From the NCBI RefSeq assembly GCF_009914755.1, contig NC_060947.1: a DNA stretch of 64,000 nt; one strand, written 5' to 3'. The notes beneath the pieces are model-generated. The model was not told where the DNA came from. It was given only the letters and a program-made list of their open reading frames with translations, and did not search any database. Position 1 is the stretch's first letter. The number at the start of each line of letters is the position of its first letter. A program made the position numbers and the translations under genes. This document shows positions 28,634 through 42,015 of the stretch, piece by piece. Source of the DNA: the human T2T-CHM13v2.0 reference genome, Homo sapiens.

Positions 28634-30490
28634 GTAAGTCAATTTCTTAAGGAGAGGTAGAAGAGAACACTGAAAATTGGAGGAAAGCACCATCCAAAAT
28701 TTGAAACTATAGTAGGAAATTTTCTCAAGTGTCCTTGACACATTTTTACCAAATGTTGGGAATTTAAGATAACTATTAATTGCATAGGAATATGACATAT
28801 ACTCTGACTGTTTGGCACAGGAATGTCATAGGGCTAAGAGCTACAAACATCACTTGGCTATTCAGTGTAAGGCGACCCCGCATTACGGCCTCCGGCCAGT
28901 TCATTATTATTAGGGATGCCCAACTTTTGTATCTGACTGTATTTCATCGGAAGGACTTGAGGGAGCTTGACTTCTTCTGAACATATGCCAATAACCATAA
29001 TAAAAATAGAAAATATCATATGATGTCACAAAACCTAGTTAGATGAGATACTTAAATTTCACTTGTTTTCAAAATAATTAGTTGTCTGAACAATTAAAAT
29101 GCTTTTTCTTGCCAAAACCGTTTCTGTGCTTGCATCCGCAAAGGCAGAACATTGCTTATTCCCAAGATGATGAGCAAACTGGTATTGGATTCCTTGTACT
29201 GTAATGGTATGTGGTAGTTTTTCCCTATTAAAAGTCCAGAATTCACTGCAGCTTAGCAAAGATGTCATAACAAAAGCATTTGTCGAAGTTCCTTAGAAGA
29301 AACAATTAGAGCTTGTTGGGGAGAGGCTGTGTGTGAATACTAAGTGTCATTTTTATGTTCTGACTGGTTTTAAAGAAATAACGATGTGTTCACAAAATAG
29401 AAACATACACTATTACTTCTTTTTGACATGGGCTTCCACTAAAAAATGTCTCAGTCTTCATGTGAGTGTTGCAGTGCCTGGGGATGATACATCCATCCAG
29501 TTGATGCTCCAGGCCCATGCTCCTCTGTTATTAACTTGTTTAGATTTTTTGCCAAGTCCATTGTAAGCAAGCAGACTTCTTTTCTTTCCTACTCCATGTT
29601 AGTATGCAGAGCAAAATTTTTGTGGAAGTACTGAGGATATTTGGGTCATTTAACTGCAGTAGTAACATACAAATTTACAGAAAAATTGCTGACATCATCA
29701 GTATAAAACATTAACATCTGCAGGTTACACATGCTAGATGCATAATATCTGTTAATCATAGTTGTAATAGACCATTGGGAGTGTGAATCAGGATTGATGT
29801 GAAATTTTTGCTACTGTCAGACATACAGAATTCTACTTGTACTATTTAATTTATAAAAATGAAGATAATGCTATATGTGGGTAGGGATATAGGTGAGTAC
29901 GACATGTTTGAAAATGAATCCAATCTGTTCTTTATTTCTTTTCTTTCCAAAAACATTTGAGTAAGCTTAATATTAATTAATAATATAGAAACATAAACTT
30001 TCCATTCCTTTGTTTTTAAAAATGCACTGATTATTTGGGTAAAATTATTTATTTCCATGTTATCTTGTGTGACTTTCCATTATCATCATGACACAGTGAT
30101 TCTTACCCTTCCCTACTGTTTTCAATTAACTTCAACATTTTACATATATTTTATTTAATTTACACTTCAATTGTCTTCTCATGTCGGTTTATACTGTATT
30201 GAGCTATATCTCTAAGGGCATTGATGAAGTTGATTCTGTATTATAATAATTATGTGTATTGAAAATATATGTGGCCTGAAATGAGGAACTCAGCAATTTG
30301 ATGGGTTTAAGAGATATGAAAAAAATTAACATTAGAGATTTTTATGATTGAAACTTGGGAGTCGGAGACATAGGAAAATAGTTACAATTGCAAGTGACCG
30401 ATGACTTTCCCTGGATTTGACAGACTTGACTTTTTTGCATGTGAGTTCTGTCCTTGACAAAAGTAGTAGACAACATTTAGAATCTTCTTT

Positions 30491-30800
30491 GCACTGGTTT
30501 TTCATGCAGTTGGTGATATATAACCAATTCTCCAAATGCCCTTTAAACAGGCCTGCTACTAATCATCAGCTTTTCTCTACATAGCAAATTTGCATTGTTT
30601 TTAATAATTTTTATATTACCCCAACCAAAGTCACACATACAGCCAAAGTCGCACTGATTTTTCATGCAGTTGGTGATATATAACCAATTCTCCAAATGCC
30701 CTTTAAACAGGCCTGCTACTGATCATCAGCTTTTCTCTACATAGCAGATTTGCATTATTTTTAATAATTTTTGTATTACCCCAACCAAAGTCACACATAC
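30491..30800. repeat. Tandem duplication, 2 x 150 bp with a 10-bp junction insert
   Basis: 30491-30640 vs 30651-30800: 5 mismatches, no indels. Confidence 0.97.
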
Positions 30801-32919
30801 TTGAAGAAATTGATTGGATTCAACTAAGACTTGTACCCTGGAGTAAATTTTTCTGAATAATTTAATGATAGATGAGGGGAATGCATTGAAAAAAGAAAAT
30901 ACTAGAAGGGCTACAAAAACATGTAGAGATATTCTGAAAAATGGCACACAAATGGGTAAGGATTAGAAAATTGAGGAGCCAAAGATATGCCACTACATAA
31001 ATCTAGCAACATCTGAAGACTTGTGGGACAGAAATAAAGTTATGGAAAGAAAAAGAATGATACTCTACATGCAAATTAATTTCAGTCCACAAACAAGGCT
31101 TGTAAGAAATTTAGCTCTGTTTTCTAAAACAACTGAATTTCTATTATAAATCCTATTCACTAGGGTAGTATATAATTATTGTGGGTCTACTGAGTGTCCC
31201 TTCCTTCCTTTGGGGCTGTGCTTGAAATCTGAAGGAGGTCACATATGTCAAAGTGTTGAAGATTCATTTAGACTACTATTTTATATGCCCACACTGATAT
31301 TTGATGTGACACCTATTAGTCCATCCTAGCGGCAGTAAAATGGACATACAGGTCACCAGAGTGATACCCATCATTCCTTACCTAAGGTTCCCTTTAGAGA
31401 CCCCTTTCCCCTGCATTCTTCTCATGTTGGGGCATATATAAAGCATCTACTGCTTCTAAATGACACACGGGAGAAGGAAAATCCATGAGACTGTCTAAGG
31501 CTCAGTTTTCCAAATGAGCCACACAGCCAGTTCCACTCTGTAACTTGCCATTTCCCTGATCTGTGCCTTAGCAACAGGGCAGAAGTCTATCTTGCTTTCA
31601 TATCTACAAACCTATCTAGGGTGATTTACCTACTCCTGGAACTTGGACCTCTCTTTGGGGCCCAACATCATCCACTCTCTTGACTTCCCCTCTGATTCTC
31701 TTTTCCTCTAGCCTGGGAACTTCCATTCTAGCTAAGGGGTTATGATGTCTTTCTAACTCTAAAGCTTTCTTTCAAAATTCATTCTCTAAAGAGAATGGAG
31801 TTTTGTGTTTCAAAAGCTGGAAGATACTTCTTTTGCTTGAGGCTGTCACTTCCTTTCACTGAATGAATTATTGAGTAGTTCAACCTGGTGGAACAAAGGG
31901 CAGAGAGGAGGATACCAAGAAATCACACTGGTTAATATTTTAAAAATATTATCTAGCTATGTAGAAAGCAAAAATAGAATATTCTAGAGAAGGAAGAAGT
32001 ACAGTGATTGTACGCACCTCATCTAAGTCAACAGCTGCTGGGTCCTACCATCCCTGGGAGCAAATTAGGCTTTAAGGTATTATGGGAAGAGAAAACCAAT
32101 GCAGATCTTTCTTCTTCTGGAATGGGGCAAGATCGCAAAGACAAGTATATGAGATTTTGGATTAGGGTTACAATGCAGAGATTTGAAAGCCGTGTGCCAC
32201 AGAGCTCTATGGAACCCCAGGAGAAGATCTATGTCTGTTGCCACCCCAACATTAGTACACTTCATCTATCTGGTCCATAACAGGCCCCAAAGGAGATAAG
32301 GAATAGCCTGATTAGGAGATAATTAATAGCCCTGAGTCGGAGAGAGGAGACAGTGAGAACCTGGAGGCTTTCTCCAGGTGACTCATGAGGGAACTAAGTG
32401 GCCACCTGCTTCTTCCCTCCTTCCTACAGGAGAAGGGCTTATGCTTCCACCACTCCTCAAGGCGCCATCAGCTTCTTGGATATGGCAGCCAACTGATGTG
32501 AATGCTAAAGAGCCAGCAAAGAATAGCAATGCGTCTAAGGGGTCTCAGAGGTCAGTTTAATCTGAACAAACAAGTCATGTGCTCAGCAAATTCAAAATTT
32601 AAGTGGAAAAGTGAATGCCAGACAATAGCCAAAAACGTGTGTAAAAGAAAAATAATAAGGCTAGAGAAAGTGATATTTAAACAATGACCCGAGGAAAGAG
32701 GTAGCCAAGCTGATACTTAGGGGAAGAGCAACTTAGGCATGGGGGAACATCCAGTACAATCGTTTTAAGGTGTGTTGAAGAGAAACAAGGAGGCCAGTAT
32801 GGCTACATCCTCTAGCAGTCCAATGACTTTATTAGCATTTTATTCCCTGTATTGGATCCCTGCTTGCTTACAATAGCTGTTGTGGTTTCAATTTCCTTCC
32901 CTGAACTCTTACTGATATA

Positions 32920-33360
32920 GAAATGATACATTTTAGACGTCTGGCAGACACACAAGTAAAGGTGTTGAGAAGGGAGTTTAATATCGGCATATTGAGTCAG
33001 ACCAGAAGGGCTGGAGATTTAATTTGGGAGTTGTCCACATGTAACTGGTATTTAAACCTAAGAAAGGATGAAATGGCCAAGGGAGTCAGTGTGCATAGAG
33101 ACCAAGTCTAGAGAGAGAGCCCTTAGATTGATTGCCTACCATTTAGAGGTAATATTCTGGAAGCCAAAGGAATAATAAATCGCTTCACAATCAGGAAAAT
33201 CATTAACTGGTCAGCTGCTACCACTAGGAATAGTAAAATAAGGCTAATAATTGATTATTGAATTTAGCTTTCTGGAAATCATTGGTAATCTTAGCAAAAT
33301 AAGCATGAGGGAGTGGTTATGGAATGATGGGTGGGGCAAAATTCTATTTGGTTAGAAATA
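32920..33360. mobile_element. L2 fragment
   Basis: GGGCTGGAGATTTAATTTGGGAGTTGTC...TTGAATTTAGC...TCATTGGTAATCTT. Confidence 0.55.
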
Positions 33361-33769
33361 GTGGTAATGATCCTGAAGCTAAAACTCTTATAGAATGAGG
33401 GAGAGTGATCCAGGTTAGTAGGTGACCCTGCAACTGATGGGTAATGGGTTCTACAGTCTGGTGACACAAATTTCAAAGCTGGATGGTATTGGGCACAAAG
33501 GAGAAACAGAGTATGGATGTAGCAATAAGAAAGAGAGAGAACATCTACCCTGCCTCTGTAGGGTACTGGGCATAGTAGAACAAAATTGTGATGGAGAAAC
33601 TAGACACCACTTGAGACGGCTGTAGGGAAACTGGAGCCCTCAAGGGAATTTTGGAAAAAGGAAAAGGGGAGCATTCGGTGAATATTGGTGCTACTGGTAT
33701 AGAAATAAATGAGTAGAAATAGATCCTCATATAAATGAAAAATGTATGTATGTCAAGAGAAGGATTTCA

Positions 33770-34230
33770 GATTTGGTGAGATGATGATGGATTATTCATC
33801 AAATGGTTCTGGTACAACTAGCTCTCCATCAGGAAGAAAATAAAAATGTATTCCTATCTTATACCAAAAACAAAAATAAATTCCAGAGGGAGTGAGACCT
33901 AACAGCTAATATATAAGATACAAATTCTACAAGAATATTTATGAGACTATGGGTATGTTTTAGAGGTGAAGGAATTTTTCTTAAGTAAGACTGTGAATTT
34001 AGAAGCTATGAAAGAAAAAACATATTTGTTACATAAATTTTGTCAGTGTTACGGAAAATAACAATGAAAGTGAATGGACAATAGACTTGCAAAACAAAAG
34101 AATTGCAACACAAAGTTGAGAGAGAGGTTTCTATTTATAATGTAAAGAGTTCTTACACATTAAAACGAAGACAATGAATTCAGAAGAAAATGGGCAAAGA
34201 AATGAATAGGCAGTTTACAAAATAGAAAAA
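33770..34230 (+). mobile_element. Old L1M ORF2 fragment
   Basis: ATTATTCATCAAATGGTTCTGGTACAACTAG...GAAAATGGGCAAAGA. Confidence 0.65.
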
Positions 34231-34566
34231 AAATTAAATAAAGAAACACAATTTATAAGTAAAAAAAGTTATAGAAGATTTAATAGATGGATGCTAATTT
34301 CAAAAGGGAGATATATTTTTGACCGTAAATTTTATGATATACAATTTACAAAGCCATCCTATATGTAAATTATTATATATATTAATGGTCAATGAATTTA
34401 TTTAAATAATGAAAAGATATTCTGTCTTTGTGGGGAGATGAATAATCATAATTTTTTTTTTCTGGTCATCGTAATATATTTTTCTAGTCACAGGTGGCAG
34501 GATTCTTTTCTTCTCTCCACTCAATGGTTATATTTTTCACTAAAGGTTATTTGAAGATCTTATCTT

Positions 34567-34870
34567 TTTTTTTTTTTTTTTTTTTAGACAGAGTCTCGCT
34601 CTGTCGCCCAGGCTGGAGTGCAGTGGCGCCGCAATCTCGGCTTACTGCAAGCTCCGCCTCCCGGGTTCACGCCATTTCTCCTGCCTCAGCCTCCAGAGTA
34701 GCTGGGACTACAGGCGCCCGCCAACACGTCCCGCTAATTTTTTTGTATTTTTGATAGAGACGGGGTTTCACCGTGTTAGCCACGATGGTCTCGATCTCCT
34801 GACCTCGTGATCCGGCCGCCTTGGCCTCCCAAAGTGCTGGGATTATAGGCGTGAGCCACCGCGCCTGGCC
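34567..34870 (-). mobile_element. AluY
   Basis: GCAAGCTCCGCCTCCCGGGTTCACGCCATT; TSD TTGA(A/G)GATCTTATCTT. Confidence 0.96.
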
Positions 34871-35964
34871 TTGAGGATCTTATCTTCAACTTCTTAATAG
34901 AAAAGAGAATTGTCAACCATAGAGTCATTTGTGGATTGCCCCACCTCATGGCATATTTATACACTGTTTGGTGGTGTTGATGACAGATACCATGTTTGAA
35001 CTTTTCAGTTTCTGACATGATCATATTTTTGCTTTCCTGAATTATACAGAAAAGTTACCCTGTTGCAGGGATAAAGAATAGTTGCTTTGCTTTCAAGAAT
35101 ATTAGAATGTGTTTTCCTGTATATAGTATTTCTAATATAAATATATTTTGCCATTCCTTATCTAGAAGTCTCAAATATTGTTCATCTTTGATAGCTGTTT
35201 TCATTTTTCTTTCTCTTAGCTTGCAGTATAGTCACTGAAACCTCCTTTTGCTGACAACGTCACTAATTATAACCCTACGCTACTCCAAGAAACACACACG
35301 TGCATACATATGTATGAATACATGTACAATTTACACTTCTTCTGTACTTCAGATTTTCCCTTCACCAAAATCGACTGTCTCTAAATTTTCTAAATTATCT
35401 AATTTGCCACATTCATCAATCTGATACAGTATTTTAAATAATCCTGAACTTTTGTGATGGTCGTGAGACATCTGTTTCCCAAATAAGTCTTGCAGTGGTG
35501 TTTTGACCTTTTTATAATTTTTTATAGCCAAGCCAATTTTCATTTTTTTGGTCAATTTTATTGCAGAATAATTTATAGGAAATAAACTAAACTTATTGTT
35601 AGTAAACAATTCAATAAATTTTGACACTATCAGAATCTGGACATAAAACACTGACATCCCAAAAGTTCCCTGGTGCTTTTTGTAGTCAATTAACTTCCCT
35701 CACTTCTAGCCCCAGACAATTAATTATGGTCATTTAATATATACAGAGAGTAGGATATACTGTAAAAGATGCAGTAGGATCTCAGTTTTTTAAAATGATT
35801 ACATATATGCTTAGAAAAACTACCATATGGGAAAGCACAAATATATTAATGGTGGTTATCACAACGGCAGTATCTCTGGTAAAAGAAAGAGTAGCTTTTC
35901 GTTTTGCCATTGCACTTTTGTTGTTTTTTTTTTTTTCAGATTCTTCATAATAAGAATGTATAAC

Positions 35965-36768
35965 TTTCTTTTTTTTATTATATTATTATTATACTTTAAG
36001 TTTTAGGGTACATGTGCACAATGTGCAGGTTAGTTACATATGTATACTTGTGCCATGCTGGTGTGCTGCACCCATTAACTCGTCATTTAGCATTAGGTAT
36101 ATCTCCCAATGCTATCCCTCCCCCCTCCCCCCACCCCACAACAGTCCCCAGAGTGTGATGTTCTCCTTCCTGTGTCCATGTGTTCTCATTGTTCGATTCC
36201 CACCTATGAGTGAGAACATGCGGTGTTTGGTTTTTTGTCCTTGCGATAGTTTACTGAGAATGATGATTTCCACTTTCATCCATGTCCCTACCAAGGACAT
36301 GAACTCATCATTTTTTATGGCTGCATAGTATTCCATGGTGTATATGTGCCACATTTTCTTGATCCAGTCTATCATTGTTGGACATTTGGGTTGGTTCCAA
36401 GTCTTTGCTATTGTGAATAGTGCCGCAATAAGCATACGTGTGCATGTGTCTTTAGAGCAGCATGATTTATAGTCCTTTGGGTATATACCCAGTAATGGGA
36501 TGGCTGGGTCAAATGGTATTTCTAGTTCTAGATCCCTGAGGAATCGCCACACTGACTTCCACAATGGTTGAACTAGTTTACAGTCCCACCAACAGTGTAA
36601 AAGTGTTCCTATTTCTCCACATCCTCTCCAGCACCTGTTGTTTCCTGACTTTTTAATGATCGCCATTCTAACTGGTGTGAGATGGTATCTCATTGTGGTT
36701 TTGATTTGCTTTTCTCTGATGGCCAGTGATGGTGAGCATTTTTTCATGTGTTTTTTGGCTGCATAAAT
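35965..36768 (-). mobile_element. L1PA3-like 3' end (~800 bp) including the ORF2 C-terminal CCHC region
   Basis: Translation HMKKCSPSL...[27 protein letters not shown]; 3'UTR GCTAAATGACGAGTTAATGGG; no TSD found. Confidence 0.96.
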
Positions 36769-38430
36769 ACTGCTCATTAACATCCTTTTCCTTCAGATTG
36801 AAGTACTCCCTTTAGTTGGGTCAGACCTGAAGCCAGCACAGCACTGTGTCTCACCCAAGGTCTGCTGTAACTACTGCCTGGCTATTGCCAATGTTCCCTC
36901 AATATCCCAGGGCTCTAAAATCATCATGTTGTAAAGCCAGCCAGGCTTCTATCATTGCTTTCAGGGTTTTGAGATCCCCCAGGTTCGGGGCAGGTCCAGG
37001 GACACCATCTGGGAACCAGGGAGTACAGTAAAAAACCTTAGAAGTCTACCTGGTGTTGTATTGTACTGCTGCTGTGCTGACACCCAAACCATAAGACACA
37101 GTTCTTCCAATTCTTACCACCCTTTTTTTTCAGGCAGAGGAGCCTCACCCTGGGGATACCAGCACCACAGGACCATGGGGAGTACTGCTGATGTTACCTT
37201 TATGGTCAATGTCTCTTTAGTCAGTTTATGGTGAATGCTGCCAGGCCTGGGACTCACACCTCAGGGCAGTGGGCTCCCCTCTGGCCCAGAGCCATTCAAG
37301 AAATGTCTTCCAGTAGCCAAGGTATGGATTCTGGGACCCCCAGGAGCTGACTTGGTGTTCTACCCCCCCTTTCCTGAGCTGGTACATAAGATGCAAGATA
37401 AAATCCCTTTTGTGTTTCCCTCTACTTTTTGCAATCAAAAGGAGTCTCTCCCCATAGCTACCACAGCTGGGAATGTGCTGAGTCTCATCTGAAGCCAGGT
37501 AATCTCAGAGTCTTACCCAAGCCCCACAGCGTACTACCTGGGTATCACTGCTGGTTATTTAGAATCATAGGGCTCTTTAGTCAGTATGTGATGGGTCCTT
37601 CCAGGACTAGGTCCTTCCCTTCAAGGCAGTCGTTTCCTTTCTGTCCCAGGCTATGTCTAGAAATGTCGTTTGGTAGCTAGGGCTTGGAAATAGGACCTCA
37701 AACTTTGACTGGTGACCTATTCTGCTGTGGCTGATCTGGTAGTCAAAATGCAAGACAAAGTCCTCTTTACTGTTCCCTCTCTTCTTCTCCTCAAGTGAAA
37801 AGAAGGGGTGTCTTTTGGACCACAAGCTGTGCAGCATGGGGTTGGGGAAGGGGTGGTGCAAGCACCCCTTTAACTGCACCAGCTGGTGTTTCAGTAGGTC
37901 ATGTGCTCCCCAAGTTCACTGGCTCTGAGCCCAGTTGTCTACTAGAACTCATTGAGCAGTTGCAGTCCCTGTGGCCTAGACTGTATGTTAATATTATTTA
38001 GGGAGCCAAAGTAGTTTAGCCCATGGTGGTGAGGCTTGCCAGAATTCAAGTTCCAACTGCTGGTATGGGTGATTCCTTTCTAGCTAGGCCTGGTTTAAAT
38101 ACTCCCTCTGTGGGAGAGTGTCAGCTGAGTTCAGACTAGTTTTGCTTTCTGCTGTGACAGGGCAGCACGAAGATGAATGCAATATCTCACAGAACCAAGT
38201 GCGCTGATTTTCTCTCCATGCCACGTGGTCACTGTGAGGGGATGGGGGAGGGGTGGTGTTGCTGCTTAAAGCCTGTCTTTCCTACCTTCTTCCAGTGCCT
38301 CTTTCAGTGATTTGAAGTTAAAACCACGTACTCTGAATGCTTATCTTGTTTTTGGTGCATAAGAAGATATTTTGTTGTGTGTATATAGTTTTTAAATTGG
38401 TGTCCATTCTATTTGGCCATATTACTCTTA
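36769..38430 (-). mobile_element. Older L1MA-type 5'UTR plus ORF1 tail remnant
   Basis: Reverse-complement similarity to 53150-54130 (5'UTR) and 55390-55432 (ORF1 end) of the L1 in this window. Confidence 0.88.
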
Positions 38431-38479
38431 GAAAGATCTAAACTTAAGTTTTAAATGACTGTCTTGTAACTCTTATAAA

Positions 38480-38552
38480 TGTACATATACATATGTGTAT
38501 GTGTGTTTGTGTGTGTGTGTGTGTATATATATATGTATATATATATATATAT
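38480..38552. repeat. (TG)n(TA)n compound microsatellite
   Basis: Seen directly. Confidence 0.9.
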
Positions 38553-38782
38553 CTTGCTTTTGAGCCCAGTGTTTTTTAACCTCTTCAAGTGTCTAACATG
38601 AATTTTATATCCATCCCTTCTAAATAAAATATTTCCTATGCAGTCAAAAACATTTCCATTTGTGTAATTTGTATTGAATTGGTTCATTTACAAACAAGCC
38701 ATTCACTGCCTAATTGTACTGTGTAAATTTGTTTTCGAAGTGTAGTTTCCTGGACCATGACCATCTGTTATCAGAATCATTA

Positions 38783-38784
<2 letters not shown>

Positions 38785-38822
<38 letters not shown>

Positions 38823-38962
38823 CATATATAATATATATATAACATATATATTATATAATTGTATATGTTTTATAAATATATGTTTTATATATATACACAC
38901 ACATATATATAAAACATATATGCATATATATATATCTATAAAACATATATACATATATATGT
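38785..38962. repeat. (GT)18 followed by a TA-rich low-complexity tract
   Basis: Seen directly. Confidence 0.93.
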
Positions 38963-40088
38963 AAATCCCAGTCCTCTCAGTATCTGGATCTGGAATCTAC
39001 ATAGTTAATAAGTATCCAAGTTTAATAACTATTGATCCATGGCTATATAGTTCTTTATATCCATCCTCAAAGAAAAGGAATGTTCTAAATTCATTAAATT
39101 CTAAGATACCGGTTGGTTCCCTGTGATGATGAGTGGAGATATCATGCCTTATTTAAAGGTCTAGGAAACTTGGATTTGACCTCTTTTCATATGATTTCAT
39201 GATGAGGCTGAGGTAAAAAGAGTGAGATGATCTCTCTTTTTTCCTCCTCTTCTACTCATTAAGCTGTTAAAACTGAGCAAATCCTATGGCTAATGCCTCC
39301 AAATTCTAGAGGCCCCGACATCTCTTTGCATCTCTACCTTCTCTTCCTATCTTCCACATCTAAAGATTTTATTAGCTCTACTCTAGGCATTAAAGGAAAA
39401 AAATCTTTCTCATTCTCTTTGGATGCTTTATTTCTGACACTCACAGGCATTTCTTAGACCAGCCTTTTCTTTTCAAGTAAGACAAGATTTATAATCCAGT
39501 TTTGGGTTTAGGGCAAAAATAACAGTCTAATGACCACTTTTGTTTTTGAGGTTCTCTTAGTCTAACTAGTTAAGAAAAAAGGAGAACTCCAAGGGTTCCA
39601 GTCTTGCTTATGAGATATTGTTGACATCTTAGCTGCCTATTTAAGCTTTCTCCACCCCACTGCCTCTCTAAGAATATTTTAATCATGTTCAGGTAGGCGT
39701 TCCTCACCCACGTGATTCAGAGGAGGGTGACTTCATCACCAGCTTTAGGAGTAGATCTTGATTTCTTTAACCCAGTGTTTAATTTTTAAAAGGAAATAGA
39801 ATAACAATGGAGATGCCATTAACATTTTGCAGGAAAATTCTTTGTGAGACTGTCTAGAACATTGCCAGTAGTTCTTTCCAAGCATCGTGACAACCAGAAA
39901 CACCGCTATACATTTCAGAAATTCCATAAGGTAGTAGTTTGTACCACCGGTACATCTTTTATGGCAGTCCTATTCTCCTTGCTATTGATTAAGAATGAAC
40001 TTATAAACCCATGGTGGCCAATTAATACCTGAAAGAGAATCTGCTGGTGGAGAAAGAGTATTCATAATTCTCTTTTTTTAAAAAAATT

Positions 40089-40389
<301 letters not shown>

Positions 40390-40449
40390 TTAAGTAACAC
40401 CAGATAAGAGAGTACCTTCTTTTTCTTTTTGGACTTTCTCATGTATGGA

Positions 40450-40692
40450 TATGCCACTGGGAACTATTGCAGCCATCTTTTCACTAGTCTGAGGATGACA
40501 TCAGCACATGGAAGAGCAGAGAGCCAAAGAATCATGAAGAGTTGAACTTTAGAACTGTGTATGGAGCCTGGCCGACCACTGAACTTGCTAGTTGAGAAGA
40601 CAAATGCCTTTCTTTCTTTCTTTTTTTTTTTTAGCTAGTCTGATTCCAGAATTTTTTTGCCCTTTATGTCTGTAAATACTGCAACTGATACA
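40450..40692 (+). mobile_element. MLT1-type MaLR LTR relic
   Basis: GCAGCCATCTT...GAGGATGACATCAGCACATGGAAGAGCAGA...AACTGATACA terminus. Confidence 0.5.
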
Positions 40693-41289
40693 GTTGAGAT
40701 GTACCTTGGAGATTACATGTCAACATTCTAGTTAACGATGAGTGTTACTTTGCTTACCCCTGTCTCTTTTATGCATACTATTCAATTGACTTACGTAGAG
40801 ATGTGACAATGCCAGCAGGCAAGATTTGGGCTTTCCTGCATTCCTGAATGAACAAGATTATAATGTCACATGGATACAACCCCTTAATAGCCTCGTTTTT
40901 ATTGCCAATCAGCAAGCAGTCTTTCCATTGCTGAAAGAGAATATGTAAATTTCCCTTATGACATTTAAAGAGAGGAGACTACCTGGAGTAGCCATTTCAT
41001 TTACTAATTAATTCGCTGATATATTCAGCAAACATTTATTGAGCACCTGCTCGGTATCAGACACTGTGCTCATAGCCAGGGCTACAACAATAAAGAAGTT
41101 AGAACAGATTTACATGGATACACGTGGAAATATGTAAACAGCATTTGATTACAACTATTTTATGTACTGTTCAGAGTGTATTATGCCTGAGTTTTTCTGG
41201 ATAATCATTTCCCCTGTGCTCAGGTAGATATGGCCGCACCTTAGCTCTGCCCTGATGGTGCCAGGACTGATGTATCAAATTATAAGAGC

Positions 41290-41640
41290 AATTGTATGGG
41301 CAAAAATCTCAGCCCTAATGGATTTTGTATCTAAATAGTAAAATAGAAAGTAATTAAGTAATCAAACAAATAAATATATGATTTCAAATTATAATAGTTA
41401 TGAAGGAAACAGAGTACAATGGTAAATAATGGGAGAGGAAGAGGTAGTTGGATGGTGAGGCTGCAGGATATGAAGATGCCAGCCATGTGAGAGCCAGGGT
41501 GAAAATACTTCAGGAGAGAGAAGAGAATGTACACGGTCCCTGTAGCGTTGAGAGAAGTTGGCATGCTGGAGAGACTGAAATAAAGCACAGTAGGCATGGG
41601 GGAGAGTGGAACTAGATAAAAGGAAAAAGATAGGTAGTCA
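41290..41640. mobile_element. L2 fragment
   Basis: AGTACAATGG...CCAGCCATGTGAG...GGTCCCTGTAG degenerate L2. Confidence 0.55.
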
Positions 41641-41764
41641 TTCGTTAATGTTAGAACATGGATGTTTCTGGGTACCATTTTTCAAGATTACACCTTTAAT
41701 AGTGGCACTCTAATCCGCTTGATTTTGGTCTCCTTAGTAGGAGTGGAAGGAGAGGGGAAGTGAA

Positions 41765-42015
41765 ACAGAGTGGTTTAAGAGTATTTATAATGAGCCTGGC
41801 AGCCTGTGCTTGAATTCTGACTCAGCCACTTTGTTAACCATGTGACATTAGGCATGCTATTTCTACTCTCTGGGCCTCAGTTTCTTGATGTGTACAATAA
41901 GGATAATCATAGTGCCTACTCTGCTATTCTGTAAAGTTGTTGTGAGCATTAAATGGTCGATGTATGTCAGGTGCTTAGAATAATACCTAATACAGAGCAA
42001 GTACTTAATAAGCGT
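41765..42015 (+). mobile_element. MIR, near full length
   Basis: GTGGTTTAAGAG...CTCTCTGGGCCTCAGTTTC...GTTGTTGTGAGCATTAAATG...GTGCTTAGAATAATACCT. Confidence 0.85.

Noticed and set aside
30491-30800. Repeat-spacer-repeat pattern as a CRISPR-like array
   Set aside because: Only two 150-bp units, eukaryotic context and no cas-like ORFs; it is a tandem duplication.
36112-36783. Longest ORF (223 aa) as a host gene
   Set aside because: It is the L1 ORF2 C-terminus. Kept only as a junction curiosity, not called as a CDS.
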